In this document: positions 12,847 through 22,640 of the stretch, one piece after another
Position numbering within the stretch: position 1 is the first letter of the stretch
Layout: each line of letters begins with the position of its first letter
Assembly (NCBI GenBank): GCA_963739455.1
Contig: CAVUAK010000001.1
Coordinates: forward strand, 1,728,001 to 1,792,000
Direction: 5' to 3'
Source of the DNA: an uncultured Gemmatimonadales bacterium
Lineage (GTDB): Bacteria > Gemmatimonadota > Gemmatimonadetes > Gemmatimonadales > GWC2-71-9
Length of the DNA: 64,000 nucleotides
Notes under the pieces: generated by a model
Database searches by the model: none
What the model saw: only the letters and a program-made list of their open reading frames with translations
What the model was told of the DNA's origin: nothing
Made by a program: the position numbers and the translations under genes

Positions 12847-13453
12847 AGCATTCGCTGTCCTGCTTGCCCTCGTCGCCGGGGGTTCCGGGGTGCTCTCCGC
12901 GCAGGAGACGGGCACCCCGGTCTTCAAGGCACCCTATCGTGCCTTCGAGAATTGGGAGCTGGGTACGTCGCTCTCCGACCCGAAGGGAGCATCGTACGCC
13001 CTCGAGGGCTTCTACAGCTTCGGCAGCGGGCTCAACGATTTCGGTATTCGCGGCGGCTATGTGGATCAGGGGCCCCAGGGAGCGGTGGCGATTGGCGCCG
13101 ACTTCCGTCGCCGCGTCATTCGTGCGTCCGACAAGTTTCCGCTCGATGGCGCCCTCACCGCCGGTTTCGGCACCCAGCTCGCCTCCGGGGCGTATGACCG
13201 GTTCTTCGTCCCGATCGGCATTTCGCTCGGCCGGCGCATCGACCTCGAGAACTCGAAGACCAGCTTCGTCCCATATTTCCAGCCGGTGATCGTGCCGACC
13301 TTCTACTCGGGCGACAATGCCCCGGATGGCGGGGTCGACTTCGCGCTCGGCCTCGGTGTGGACATCAAGTTCGGCGGCCACTTCGACCTCCGGGTTTCCG
13401 GCGGTATCGGTGACATTGACGGTGTGGCGATCAGCCTGGCGTTCGTGCACTGA
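12827..13453 (+). CDS. Putative outer-membrane beta-barrel protein
   Basis: Signal peptide (ending VLSA-Q), Gly/aromatic-rich alternating strands, C-terminus AISLAFVH. Confidence 0.65.
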   Translation: MLRIRHKAFAVLLALVAGGSGVLSAQETGTPVFKAPYRAFENWELGTSLSDPKGASYALEGFYSFGSGLNDFGIRGGYVDQGPQGAVAIGADFRRRVIRASDKFPLDGALTAGFGTQLASGAYDRFFVPIGISLGRRIDLENSKTSFVPYFQPVIVPTFYSGDNAPDGGVDFALGLGVDIKFGGHFDLRVSGGIGDIDGVAISLAFVH

Positions 13454-13474
13454 CGCCCGGCAATTCGCAGTGCA

Positions 13475-13511
13475 ACAGGGGCCCGGCCGCATCAGGCAGC
13501 CGGGCCCTTGT
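13475..13511 (+). terminator. Hairpin, probable end of the atp transcript
   Basis: ACAGGGGCCCGGC...GCCGGGCCCTTGT stem; weak U-tract. Confidence 0.55.
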
Positions 13512-13545
13512 CGTTGGTACGCGACGCGGACTAGCTTGCCCCGCC

Positions 13546-14154
13546 ATGCGCCGCCGGGTGGTGCCGATCATCGCCGCCATGCTGCTCGCGGGAGCCGCCC
13601 CGGAGGCGCAGTCGCAGGTGCGTGGGTTCCCGGTCTATGCCGCGCAGGTGCCCCGCGGAGTAACCCTCGCAGGCGATGTTGCGTTCCCGAACGATGATTT
13701 CTGCCCTGGGGCGTGTGCGGGTGCGGGTGCCTCGTTCGGCTTCGGGCGGGTAGGGCTCTCGGCAATGGTGGCCACTTCGGGTTTCGGGGGCCTGGTCACC
13801 GTAAGCCTGATCCCGCCGGGCCACGGACCGTTCGGCCTGGTGCTGCAGGGCGGCGCATCGGGCACCGCGTCGAGCGGTGCCTTTCAGGCGCCGTTCGGGG
13901 CCGGGTTTTCGGTGTGGATCCCGACGCCGGTGGTGTCGGTCCAGCCGTGGATCGGGGTGCGAGGGCAGTACATGCACCCCGGCAATGGCTGGGAGGGGGA
14001 CGGCGCGGTGCACGTCGGTTTCAGCGCCGGCCTCATCCTCACCCTCCTCAACGGCCTCGGGGTTCGCGCTGCGTACGACCGGATCTTCCTGACCGGCGGC
14101 AATCTTTCGACGTTCGGCGTTGGCGTCTTCTATTCCTTCGATCCTGGCCTCTGA
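13546..14154 (+). CDS. Putative outer-membrane beta-barrel protein
   Basis: Signal peptide (AQS-Q), amphipathic strands, C-terminus GLGVRAAYD...FGVGVFYSF. Confidence 0.65.
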   Translation: MRRRVVPIIAAMLLAGAAPEAQSQVRGFPVYAAQVPRGVTLAGDVAFPNDDFCPGACAGAGASFGFGRVGLSAMVATSGFGGLVTVSLIPPGHGPFGLVLQGGASGTASSGAFQAPFGAGFSVWIPTPVVSVQPWIGVRGQYMHPGNGWEGDGAVHVGFSAGLILTLLNGLGVRAAYDRIFLTGGNLSTFGVGVFYSFDPGL

Positions 14155-15244
14155 TGCTTCGCTCCAAAGTCCTGCTCGTCCTGGCCCTGTCCACGCTGAA
14201 TGCCTGCTCCATGACGTTTGATGGCACCAAGCTCGGTGTCCCTGTCACCATGGGCTCGAAGGCCGGCGCTCCCGCAAAGGGCGCCCCGTTCAAGGTCAGC
14301 TCGGGCTCGATCTGGGTTCTCTGGGGTGCCGTGCCGGTGAAGAAGCCGTCACTGCGCGAGCCTCTGGGTTCGCAGCTGGTGGGCGGCCAGAGCATCGAGG
14401 ACGTGAAGATCACCGTCGGGAGCAGGTGGTATGACGTGCTGGTCAGCGTCGTCACGCTCGGCCTCATCACGCCGCGAACCGTCACGCTCGAGGGCGTGGT
14501 GGTGGGCGACCCGAGCGCCAACCTGAAGGGCGCCGACTACGGCCCCGTCGTGCCTCCCCCGGTGCCCGGAGTGGCCGGGGCTCCGTCGGTGACCACTCCG
14601 ATGGGGGCCAACGACCCCACCTCGACAGCATACGACTTGAGCGCCACACGGAGCCGCTCCGCCTTCGAGTTCACGCCAATGGTGGCGTACGTCTTCGGCG
14701 GCGGGTTCAACACCGATGGGCTCGATGACGTGCCGCCGGGCAACCTGACGCTCCGGAGCGGCATCGGGTACGGCGGCGAGATCGGCTTTACGCCGAACGG
14801 CCGGCTTTGGCTTCGAGGCCACGTTCCTGAGGCAGACCACTGATATCACCTTCGTGCCGCAGCCGGGCTTCACCGCTCCGCTGACCACGTCGGGATTCGC
14901 GTCCAACTACATCCATGGCGGCGCGCGATACGAGTTCGGCCAGCAGAACGTCCATCCGTTCCTGGGTCTCGGCGTCGGCGCCACGATCTTCGATCCGCAG
15001 AAGGACGGCATCGGCAGCAGCACCAACTTCTCCCTCTCGGCCGAGGGCGGCGTTCGGATGATGCTGGGGAAGGGCGCCCAGCAGCGGTTCGGCGTCCGCG
15101 CCACGTTCCGCGGCTGGTTCTACGTTCGTGCCGAACGGCACCTTCCAGGCGTGGTGCGACTACTACTACGGCTGCTATGCCACCGAGGGAACGTCCGTCG
15201 TTACACAGGGTGAAGGTTCCCTGGGGTTGGTCGTCACCTTCTGA
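14154..15244 (+). CDS. Lipoprotein: Bor/Iss-like domain, Pro-rich linker, outer-membrane beta-barrel; frameshifts near 14810 and 15120
   Basis: Lipobox LNAC; WVLWGAVP...VVTLGLITPRTVTLEG; barrel strands FEFTPMVAYVFGGG, HPFLGLGVGATIF; terminal QGEGSLGLVVTF* (frame of 15122). Confidence 0.65.
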
Positions 15245-15246
15245 TC

Positions 15247-16185
15247 GTGCGGTTCCATCCTCAGCTCCTCCTGCTGTCGGCCGTGTTCGCCGCGGCCTGC
15301 TCCGGCGACGACCCGGCCGCCGTCGACCCGTGTGCCCCGGGCCAGGGTGTTGCCGAACTGCGCCAGGACATCGTCTACCAGGATCTTCCCGGCGTCTCGT
15401 CGCGCGAACGGGTGCTCGACCTGTACCTGCCCCAGCGCGCTGCCAGCTGCGGGCCGGCCCCGATCGTCGTGTGGGTGCACGGAGGGAACTGGGGCGGCGG
15501 CGACAAGCTCGAGCTGAGCGACAGCATCGCATCGAAGCTCACCGGCATGGGCTACGTCCTGGCGAGCGTCAACTATCGGCTTTCGTCGCCGATATACACC
15601 GAGCACGACCCGCCGGTCACATGGCCGACGCATGCCAACGACGTGGCGGTGGCGATTGCCTGGCTGCGCCGCGAGGCGGCTTCATTCAACGGCGACCCGG
15701 CTCGCGTGGCGCTCATCGGCTTTTCGGCGGGCGCGCAGATCGTGGCCAACCTCGGCACCGACCCGCGGTACATGGCGAGCGCCGGGTTGGACATGGCGCC
15801 CATTCGATGCACGGCGTCCCTGGACGTGCGGCTCTATGACATTCCGCTGGCGGCCGAGCAGGTGCCACGGATCGTCCCGGAGCTCGAGACGATCTTCACG
15901 ACCGATCGCTACAACTGGACGCTGGCGTCGGCCACCCTGCAGGTGAAGGCGGGGTCTGCCCTCCGGCCGTTTTTCGTCCTGCGCCGGGGCGACGATGCTG
16001 GCCGTGTCGGGCAGGCGGACAGTTTCATGGCTGCGCTTCGGGCGGCGGGTGGCGTGGCGGTTACCACCACGGCGCTCGACTACCAGCACGACGACGTGAA
16101 TTTCACGCTCGCCGAGCCGTCCGACTCCATCGTGTGGCCGGCCCTGCGGCATTTCCTGCTCGACCAGTGCTTTCCCGCGAGCTAG
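15247..16185 (+). CDS. Alpha/beta hydrolase (HSL/BD-FAE-like esterase), lipoprotein
   Basis: Lipobox AAAC; LDLYLP, VWVHGGNW, SVNYRL, nucleophile GFSAG. Confidence 0.85.
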   Translation: MRFHPQLLLLSAVFAAACSGDDPAAVDPCAPGQGVAELRQDIVYQDLPGVSSRERVLDLYLPQRAASCGPAPIVVWVHGGNWGGGDKLELSDSIASKLTGMGYVLASVNYRLSSPIYTEHDPPVTWPTHANDVAVAIAWLRREAASFNGDPARVALIGFSAGAQIVANLGTDPRYMASAGLDMAPIRCTASLDVRLYDIPLAAEQVPRIVPELETIFTTDRYNWTLASATLQVKAGSALRPFFVLRRGDDAGRVGQADSFMAALRAAGGVAVTTTALDYQHDDVNFTLAEPSDSIVWPALRHFLLDQCFPAS

Positions 16186-17455
16186 AGAAGCTCGTCCAGC
16201 AGCGCCGCTGACCTCGCTGACGCACCGCGCTCTGCCTCCACCACGGTACGCGCCCGGCCCCCGGCGGCGGCGCGTGCCGGCTCATCCTGAAGCCAATTAA
16301 GCCACACCGTCGCGATGCCCTCGACGGTCCCCGCCGTGGCGGCCGCTCCATCCGCAATGAGGCGCCCGGCGTCCCGACTCTCCTGCCAGTGGGGCCCCAC
16401 GATCACCGGAAGGCCCCAGGCGGCCGGTTCGAGGACCGAGTGCAGGCCCGCGCGACCGAACCCACCACCGACGTAGGCCAGCCTTCCCCGCACCGTAGAG
16501 TGTGGCGAGTACCCCCAGCTCGATCCACGACGACCAGCGAAGTTTCGGCCGTGGCCTCACCAAGCAGTCGCGGTGACGGCGCACCGATCCTGCCCGCCGT
16601 GCGGAAGATCAGCTCGACCGCGTCCGGCGTTGGCTCGTGCGGCGCCAGGACGAGGCGCGCATCGGGCCGGCGAGAGCGCACCGACACGAAGGCCGCGAGG
16701 AGGATCTCTTCATCGACCGGCCAGGTAGACCCTGCCACGAGTGCAGGCGCTGCCGGGCGCGAGCAGCAGGTCGTTGCCGCGCGCGCGATCGACGCCGCGA
16801 AAGGACGCTGTCCGAGCGGGGGTCACCCGTGACCCGGATGCGCTCGCGCGCCACGCCCAGCCGGGCGAGGCGCTCGGCGTCGTCGTTGCTGATCGCGCCG
16901 GCAATCCTGAGCGCCTCATAGCCGGGCTTGAGGAGCGCGCGCGCGACTGGCCCCAGGCGCCCGCTCCCGGGGCGCACCGTGGCCGCCACGAGCGCCACCG
17001 GAATGCCGATGCGCGCGGCCTGGGTCGCCAGTTCAGGCCACACGTCGAGCTTGGCGAATACGAGGAGTGATGGGTCGAGTGCGTCGAGCGCCTGCGCCGA
17101 GGCACTCGCGGTATCGAACGGAAGGCAGTCGGCGATATCGGCACCGACGCCTGGCGGCGAATTTCTCCGCCGACGGGCTGAAGTAGGTGTACGCCACCTG
17201 CCAGTCCGGATGCCGTCGACGGAATTCGTCGATGACGGCCCTGGCCTGGAGTCCCTCGCCGACACTGGGCGCATGGAACCAGGCGAGCGGCCGCGCCGGA
17301 TCGCGGGACGTGCGTCCCCAGGCACTGAGCCGGTCGCCGACGCCGCGGCGCAGCCCGACGGTCCGGGCCAGCTTGTCATCGAAGAGGCCGCCGAGCGGTG
17401 CCAGCACGCTGGCGGTGCGCAGCAGCGCGCGATAGGCGAGGGAAGTGCGTGGCAC
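16182..17455 (-). CDS. waaA: 3-deoxy-D-manno-octulosonic acid (Kdo) transferase; several frameshifts
   Basis: WFHAPSVGEG, LPFD, DVWPEL, VTGDPRSD, AGSTWP, LAPHEP, AYVGGGF...HSVLEPAAWG. Confidence 0.9.
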
Positions 17456-17537
17456 GCTCCAAGGTCGCCGCACGGCGCGTCCCGGGTCAACGCCAGGACG
17501 GTTGCGGGCTGGCGCGGCGCCTTGCTAGCTTGAAATC

Positions 17538-17720
17538 ACGTTTCCGCCCGATGTCTCACCCTGAGCGAAGGAGGTGATCCGTTGCCAAGTAGCGACAGTT
17601 GCATCAGGGGCTCGAGGGCAAGCGATCGCCTGGTGGCGCGCTGAACTCGCCGGGACTCGACTGAGCCCCATGACAACGAAACCGCGCCGCCTCCCCCCGG
17701 GGAAGCGGCGCGGTTTGGCG
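17538..17720 (+). ncRNA. Candidate structured small RNA / small-ORF transcript carrying a perfect complement of the 16S 3' end
   Basis: Upstream TG-c-TAGCTT -10 (17523-17531); AAGGAGGTGATCC at 17568-17580; 20-codon TTG ORF 17582-17644; nested stems; terminal hairpin 17679-17716. Ends approximate. Confidence 0.55.
17679..17716. terminator. Intrinsic terminator, likely bidirectional
   Basis: AAACCGCGCCGC-c-TCCCC-cc-GGGGA-a-GCGGCGCGGTTT. Confidence 0.8.
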
Positions 17721-17727
17721 TTCACGA

Positions 17728-18910
17728 TCAGGCGCGCGCGATGCTGCCGGGCCGTCGTGCCGCCTTGACCAGGATGAGGCCGCCAATGAACCCGAGCAGG
17801 CCCAGGACCAGTATCCCAACGAACACCCGCCACAGTACCCGATCGACGAAGATCTCCAGCTGGTGCTCGAGCGTGTAGTCGATGAGACGCTGGGTCGCGG
17901 CCTCAGCGTCCTTGAGTGTGGCCACGCGCTCTTCGTGCAGCGCCTCAATGACTGTGGCTCGCTCGGAGGCAAGCCCCGCCAGGACTGCCTCGCGCTCGGC
18001 TGTAATCGCCTCCAGCACCGCGATACGCTCCTGGGTCACCGCCAGGAGCGCAGCGAGCCGCTCGCGCTCCACCATGTCGGGGGTGGCCTCGGCGACGACG
18101 CGTGAGCCGCTCCACTGACGTCGTGACGCGTCCCAATTGGCCCATCAGGCTGTCGATGACGGGCTGCTTCGCCATGTCCGCGATCAGCAGTTCGGCCTGC
18201 CATCGGGCTTCCTTGAGCATGGTCTGCTGGATCTGGTCGACGCGGCTGTCGAGGATGCGCGTCGTCAATTCCATGCTGCCGACCGCCGCCAGCGCCGACC
18301 GGTTTCCAGGAAGCGTCGCGGCAAGTGAATCCATGAGGACGTTGCCGCGCCCGACATACGGGCTCTTGATCGGGTGGGCGTCGGCCCACGGCTGCAGCGA
18401 GCTGAGCCATCCCGCGCGGCCACTTGGCGTGATATCGTCGGCATAGTTCAGCAGCCCCTCGAGAATGTCATCGAGGGTCGCGATCGCGAGCGGCTGCTGG
18501 GTACCGAACATCGTCCGGCCTTCACCGGTGGTGAAGAAGGCCTGGCTCTGGAGGGTGAAGAGGATGAGGGCCCCCAGGCTCACCACCGGGTCGCGGGCCA
18601 GGGCGGCGCTCTGCAGCTCGGAAGTGGATACGATCTTCCACTGGATCGCGTTGCGTCGCACCACCGGGTCGCGGGTCAGCGCGGCGATGGTGTCAGCGGT
18701 GCGCTCGATATGCTCCGCCGCATTCTGGGACCGGGCCATCACCGACAACCGCATGCCGTCCGGCGACTTCGTAATGCCGGTGCTCGCCATCACCGAGGGC
18801 TGCTCGGGCTTGGTGTTGAGTGAGCACGCGCCAAGCGCCAGGACGCACGCCAGCAACGCCGGCAGGGCGGGGGTGCGTTGCAGTAGGGCAGGGGCCCTGC
18901 GTGCGGTCAT
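17728..18910 (-). CDS. Hypothetical lipoprotein with coiled-coil region and C-terminal TM helix; frameshift near 18095
   Basis: Lipobox LGAC; helical body; C-terminus VLWRVFVGILVLGLLGFIGGLILVKAARR. Confidence 0.7.
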
Positions 18911-18938
18911 GGCGTGGTCAGTTCGTGAAGGTTGCAGC

Positions 18939-18978
18939 GAAACGGCGTCCCCAGCGAACTCGCTGCGGACGCCGTTTC
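18939..18978 (-). terminator. Hairpin downstream of the DUF4136 gene
   Basis: GAAACGGCGTCC-c-CAGCGA-ac-TCGCTG-c-GGACGCCGTTTC. Confidence 0.7.
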
Positions 18979-18997
18979 TGCCTCAGGTGCGAGGGAC

Positions 18998-19543
18998 CTA
19001 CTTCGCTGCGGCCGTCGGCGGGAAATCCTTGAACATCTTCGCCATGGCCTTGTAGATCATCTTGGTGTTCTTCTCGGCATCCTTGTTGACCGTCTCCTGG
19101 GCCTGGCCGCGGAACAAGAGCTGCTTCGACATGACGTCGAAGATGTCGACGACCAGCGTCCCGATGACGTACTGCGACGTGGAGGTGGTGGCCATGCCCA
19201 TGCCGCCGCCGCCCCAGCCCCAACCGGCATACCCGCCGCCAGTGTACATCGTGGTGCTGGTCTCTTCCTTGTTGCCGGCGCCACTGACGAGCACAGCGGC
19301 GCTGGCCGCGTCAAGCGTCGCCATCTTCTTCCAGCCCCGGGACTGGAGAGCCGAGTCGACGGCGGCAATTACACGCTCCTGTCCAAGCTGGGTACCGAAG
19401 GCCTTCTGGATCTGGATGTAGTACGAGTTGTACTTGGACCAGTCAGCGCTGTGATCCCAGTCCGTGCTCACCTGCTGGGCCGAAAGGGCACCGGCCATGG
19501 CCAGTGTGACACAGAGCGTTGCGAGCGGCGTGCGAATCGACAT
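18998..19543 (-). CDS. DUF4136 domain secreted protein
   Basis: Signal peptide, QQVSTDWDHSADWSKY, GWGWGGGG, GTLVVDIFD...LLFRGQA, KMFKDFPP. Confidence 0.85.
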   Translation of the reverse strand: MSIRTPLATLCVTLAMAGALSAQQVSTDWDHSADWSKYNSYYIQIQKAFGTQLGQERVIAAVDSALQSRGWKKMATLDAASAAVLVSGAGNKEETSTTMYTGGGYAGWGWGGGGMGMATTSTSQYVIGTLVVDIFDVMSKQLLFRGQAQETVNKDAEKNTKMIYKAMAKMFKDFPPTAAAK

Positions 19544-19696
19544 CGGTAGCACTCCAGTTGTGGGTCTCACCAGTACAGGCTCCGGGCACTCGTTCACTTC
19601 GGGTGCAGGGTCAGACAATCTACAGTCCGCAGGGGAGGGGGACTAGATCCAGCACCCTGAAGGACGCTTCAGTGCACCCGTCTCGTACACGCCAGC

Positions 19697-21859
19697 CTAG
19701 AGGTACTGGCTCATGGTGAAGAGGAACGACCACTGGCCGTCGGCGTCGAGCGTCCGGATCAGGCCGAACCCGAGGAGGTTGCCGAACAGGCCAAGCCTGA
19801 CCTGTATGCTACCCCGGGCCCCGTTGGTCGGCACCGAGAAGGGGACCGTCTGGTTGTCGCTGTTGACGCGGGTCCCCAGCGAGTTGAGCGAGGCCTGCGC
19901 CATCGCATCCGACGCGCCGGTCCAGCCGACGTAGGCAATCAGGTTGATGTTCGGGTTGATGGCCGGGAGCGCCAGCTTCTTGCTGACGGGGATTGGCTGC
20001 CGCAGGAAGGGCAGGATGAACCCCACCGAACCGGTCAGCAGCAGGGCCTGGTCACCACCGAACTCGTCGAAGTCATAGCCCGGCAGCGTGAACGACCCAC
20101 CGATCAGGAAAAGCTGCTGGGAGGGAATCGCAGTCGGTGCTCTCGCAATACCACCGTAGCCGACAAAACTCAGGATCAGCCCGCCGACGTTTTGTCGACC
20201 AACCAGGCGGGCATTGATCGAGGTGTACTGCAGGTCGCCCTGCCCGTTTTCCAGGAACACCTGTGCACCGATGCCCGGGCGCGCAAAGTGGGAGCTGATG
20301 TCTTCCCGCCAGATCAGGCTGATCCGCGAACGGAAATACGTGCCTGGCTCGACGTTGGCGACCGGGTAGTAGGTCTGTCCGAGCGGGCCGTGGAACAGCT
20401 CCTGCGGCGTGGGCTGATCCTGCACCACCCCAACGTCAGCGCGGATCACGCCGCTCCGGTTCTTCTCCAGGCTGTAGCCGCCACCGACCTGGCCTACGAG
20501 CCGGTTTGCATAGTCATACAGGTCCTGCGCGAAGATCGGCCGCGTCCCCATCGCGTAGTCGAGTGGGTCCCGGAACTTGGTTACGACCGCGAGTTCGCGA
20601 CGCGCAGTCAGCTCGCCGAACCAGCGACCCCGGTCGAGGGTCGCGACCAGGCCGCCCTTCAACCGCCCGTCCCACCAGCCGTACCCGATGCCACCACGGA
20701 GGGCGAGGCCGGGGAAGGCATCACGCAGGAACAAGGTTCCCACCACGCCCGTATAGAGCCCTTCCACCCGGTTGAAGCGGAAGAACTCGTACGTGGTCGG
20801 CCCGCGAAAGAAGAACACCGGGCTGCCAGTCGGGCGAATGCGTGGTGGCCCGACATCGAGCTTGCCGTTGATCAGGTAACGGGAGGGCCAGTCTGTTGGC
20901 GCATCGCGCCAGTCGCGAAAGCGCCCGATCGAATCCCGCGGGGCCTCGGTGCGCAGCACTTCCGGCGGCACCGCCCCCTGCCCGAGTGCCACGCTGCCCG
21001 GTACAATCGTGACGTCAGTCAGGCGGGTCACCATGCGCACCATTGTCCCCATCGCGGTGGTGAGGGGGATCAGTATGGCCAGGTCGCCCGACTGGTAGGT
21101 GGGGATGAGGACCCCGTCGATGCGCTCGTTCTGGAAGTCGATGATCGTGGCGCTGGCGACGAGGGCGTTCCCGATCTTCTTCAGTCCGCGGAGCTGCTTC
21201 TCCGGGGGGCGCACCGTATAGATCTGGCCCCGCATGCGCATCAGGGCCCCGGTGCCGACCTCGAGGTAGAGCTCGCCCGTGAACACGCGTGTCGGGTCGG
21301 CGTAGGCTGCGTGCGGCGTCACTTGCACGATGACCACGCGCCGCGCCTGGCCCATCGCATCTGTGACGTCAACAGTGTCGCCACCGGAGTAGCTGTAGTA
21401 GAGCTCGCGGTCGCTGGCGAGTGGGTGCACCACATTCTGTGCCCGCGCCACGGCGCTATCGGCCTGGTCGCTCTTGTCGGTGACCTTTTCCTTCGGGTTG
21501 CTGAGAAGGGTGAAGCGGTCGCCATACAGGTTCGGCGCGATCCACGCCGAGCCCAGCACGTAGCCCGCCGGCAACGGAAGGCCTGTGGTAACGACGCGAT
21601 AGCCCTGGTTGTGCTGGTTCGCGCTGTCGCCGCTCCAGGTGAGCGTGCCGGCGTACTGCTCCACGCTCGAGATGCCCTCCACCCGGTCGGGCAGGGCCTT
21701 GTTCACCGCGATCTCAGACTCGAAATGCGCGCGGTAGCTCTGGGCGGGAACGACGGCGTTGAGTTCGGCGGCGCGCGTAACGAAGGCGCGGAGCGCAGGC
21801 GACGAGTAGGCACCCGTGTCGGCCGGTGCCTGCTGCAGCATGAGGAGTAGGGCTATCAC
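19697..21859 (-). CDS. Large hypothetical outer-membrane protein (C-terminal beta-barrel, BamA/TamA- or DUF5686-like)
   Basis: 720 aa; FRFNRVEGLYTG, PSQQLFLIGGSFTLPGYDFDEFGGD, aromatic C-terminus. Confidence 0.65.
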   Translation of the reverse strand: MIALLLMLQQAPADTGAYSSPALRAFVTRAAELNAVVPAQSYRAHFESEIAVNKALPDRVEGISSVEQYAGTLTWSGDSANQHNQGYRVVTTGLPLPAGYVLGSAWIAPNLYGDRFTLLSNPKEKVTDKSDQADSAVARAQNVVHPLASDRELYYSYSGGDTVDVTDAMGQARRVVIVQVTPHAAYADPTRVFTGELYLEVGTGALMRMRGQIYTVRPPEKQLRGLKKIGNALVASATIIDFQNERIDGVLIPTYQSGDLAILIPLTTAMGTMVRMVTRLTDVTIVPGSVALGQGAVPPEVLRTEAPRDSIGRFRDWRDAPTDWPSRYLINGKLDVGPPRIRPTGSPVFFFRGPTTYEFFRFNRVEGLYTGVVGTLFLRDAFPGLALRGGIGYGWWDGRLKGGLVATLDRGRWFGELTARRELAVVTKFRDPLDYAMGTRPIFAQDLYDYANRLVGQVGGGYSLEKNRSGVIRADVGVVQDQPTPQELFHGPLGQTYYPVANVEPGTYFRSRISLIWREDISSHFARPGIGAQVFLENGQGDLQYTSINARLVGRQNVGGLILSFVGYGGIARAPTAIPSQQLFLIGGSFTLPGYDFDEFGGDQALLLTGSVGFILPFLRQPIPVSKKLALPAINPNINLIAYVGWTGASDAMAQASLNSLGTRVNSDNQTVPFSVPTNGARGSIQVRLGLFGNLLGFGLIRTLDADGQWSFLFTMSQYL

Positions 21860-21908
21860 AGCGGTGAAGATAGGGTCGGGGGCTGGCGCTCGCCACTAGG
21901 TTTAGGGC

Positions 21909-22634
21909 GTGCCTCGAGACACTTACTGGTCGGCCACGCGTGCGCCGCGCTACAGCCTCCTCTTTGCCCTGCCATTGCTACTGGCATATGAGACGCTGGC
22001 GTTTGCGCTCTCGCATGACGCTTACGCCGGCGTTCGCAATGGGGCCGATGTGCTGCTCAAGAGTGCCTTTGTGTGGCTCGGCGGGCGCAACGGCCTGCTC
22101 TGGTTCGGTGCGGTGCTCATCGGTGCTGGCGCCATCCTGGTGGTGCGCGATTTCCGTCGCGCCGGCGCTGTTGTGCCGCGCTACTTCCTCGGCATGGCCG
22201 CCGAGTCGGTGGCGTACGCACTCGCGTTCGGCACGGTGACCGGCCTGCTCACCTCGGCGCTGCTCCGGGCAGCGCCAATGGCGGTGGGCATGGCCGGCGC
22301 ATTCGACCTGCCCACGCAACTAATGATCTCATTGGGGGCCGGGATCTACGAGGAGCTGCTCTTCCGCGTCATCCTCGTGTCAGGTCTCGCCGCGTTCTCC
22401 CGAAACGTGCTCAAGCTCGCGCCGGTGCCTGCAGGCATGCTCGCGGCAGTGATCGGTGCGCTCGTATTCAGTGCCTTCCACTACGTCGGCCCGTACGGTG
22501 ATCCGCTCGAACTCGGCTCCTTCACCTTCCGGACCATCGCGGGGCTCATCTTCAGCGGCCTGTACCTCACCCGAGGCTTTGGCATCACCGCCTGGAGTCA
22601 CGCTCTCTACGACATCTTCCTGACGATCGGGTGA
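21909..22634 (+). CDS. CPBP (Abi/CAAX) family intramembrane glutamic endopeptidase
   Basis: GIYEELLFR, FSAFHY and HALYD motifs. Confidence 0.88.
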   Translation: MPRDTYWSATRAPRYSLLFALPLLLAYETLAFALSHDAYAGVRNGADVLLKSAFVWLGGRNGLLWFGAVLIGAGAILVVRDFRRAGAVVPRYFLGMAAESVAYALAFGTVTGLLTSALLRAAPMAVGMAGAFDLPTQLMISLGAGIYEELLFRVILVSGLAAFSRNVLKLAPVPAGMLAAVIGALVFSAFHYVGPYGDPLELGSFTFRTIAGLIFSGLYLTRGFGITAWSHALYDIFLTIG

Positions 22635-22640
22635 CCCGGG

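Noticed and set aside
17568..17580. 16S rRNA gene fragment on the minus strand (GGATCACCTCCTT)
   Set aside because: The match is limited to 13 nt, and the flank lacks the helix-45 GTAACC...GGAA context; it is treated instead as an extended SD in a small transcript.
17538..17720. 6S RNA, SRP RNA, tmRNA or a known riboswitch
   Set aside because: The length fits 6S, but I could not find the end-to-end closing stem with a central bubble, the SRP GGAA loop motif, tRNA-like ends or riboswitch consensus. An Rfam scan is still needed.
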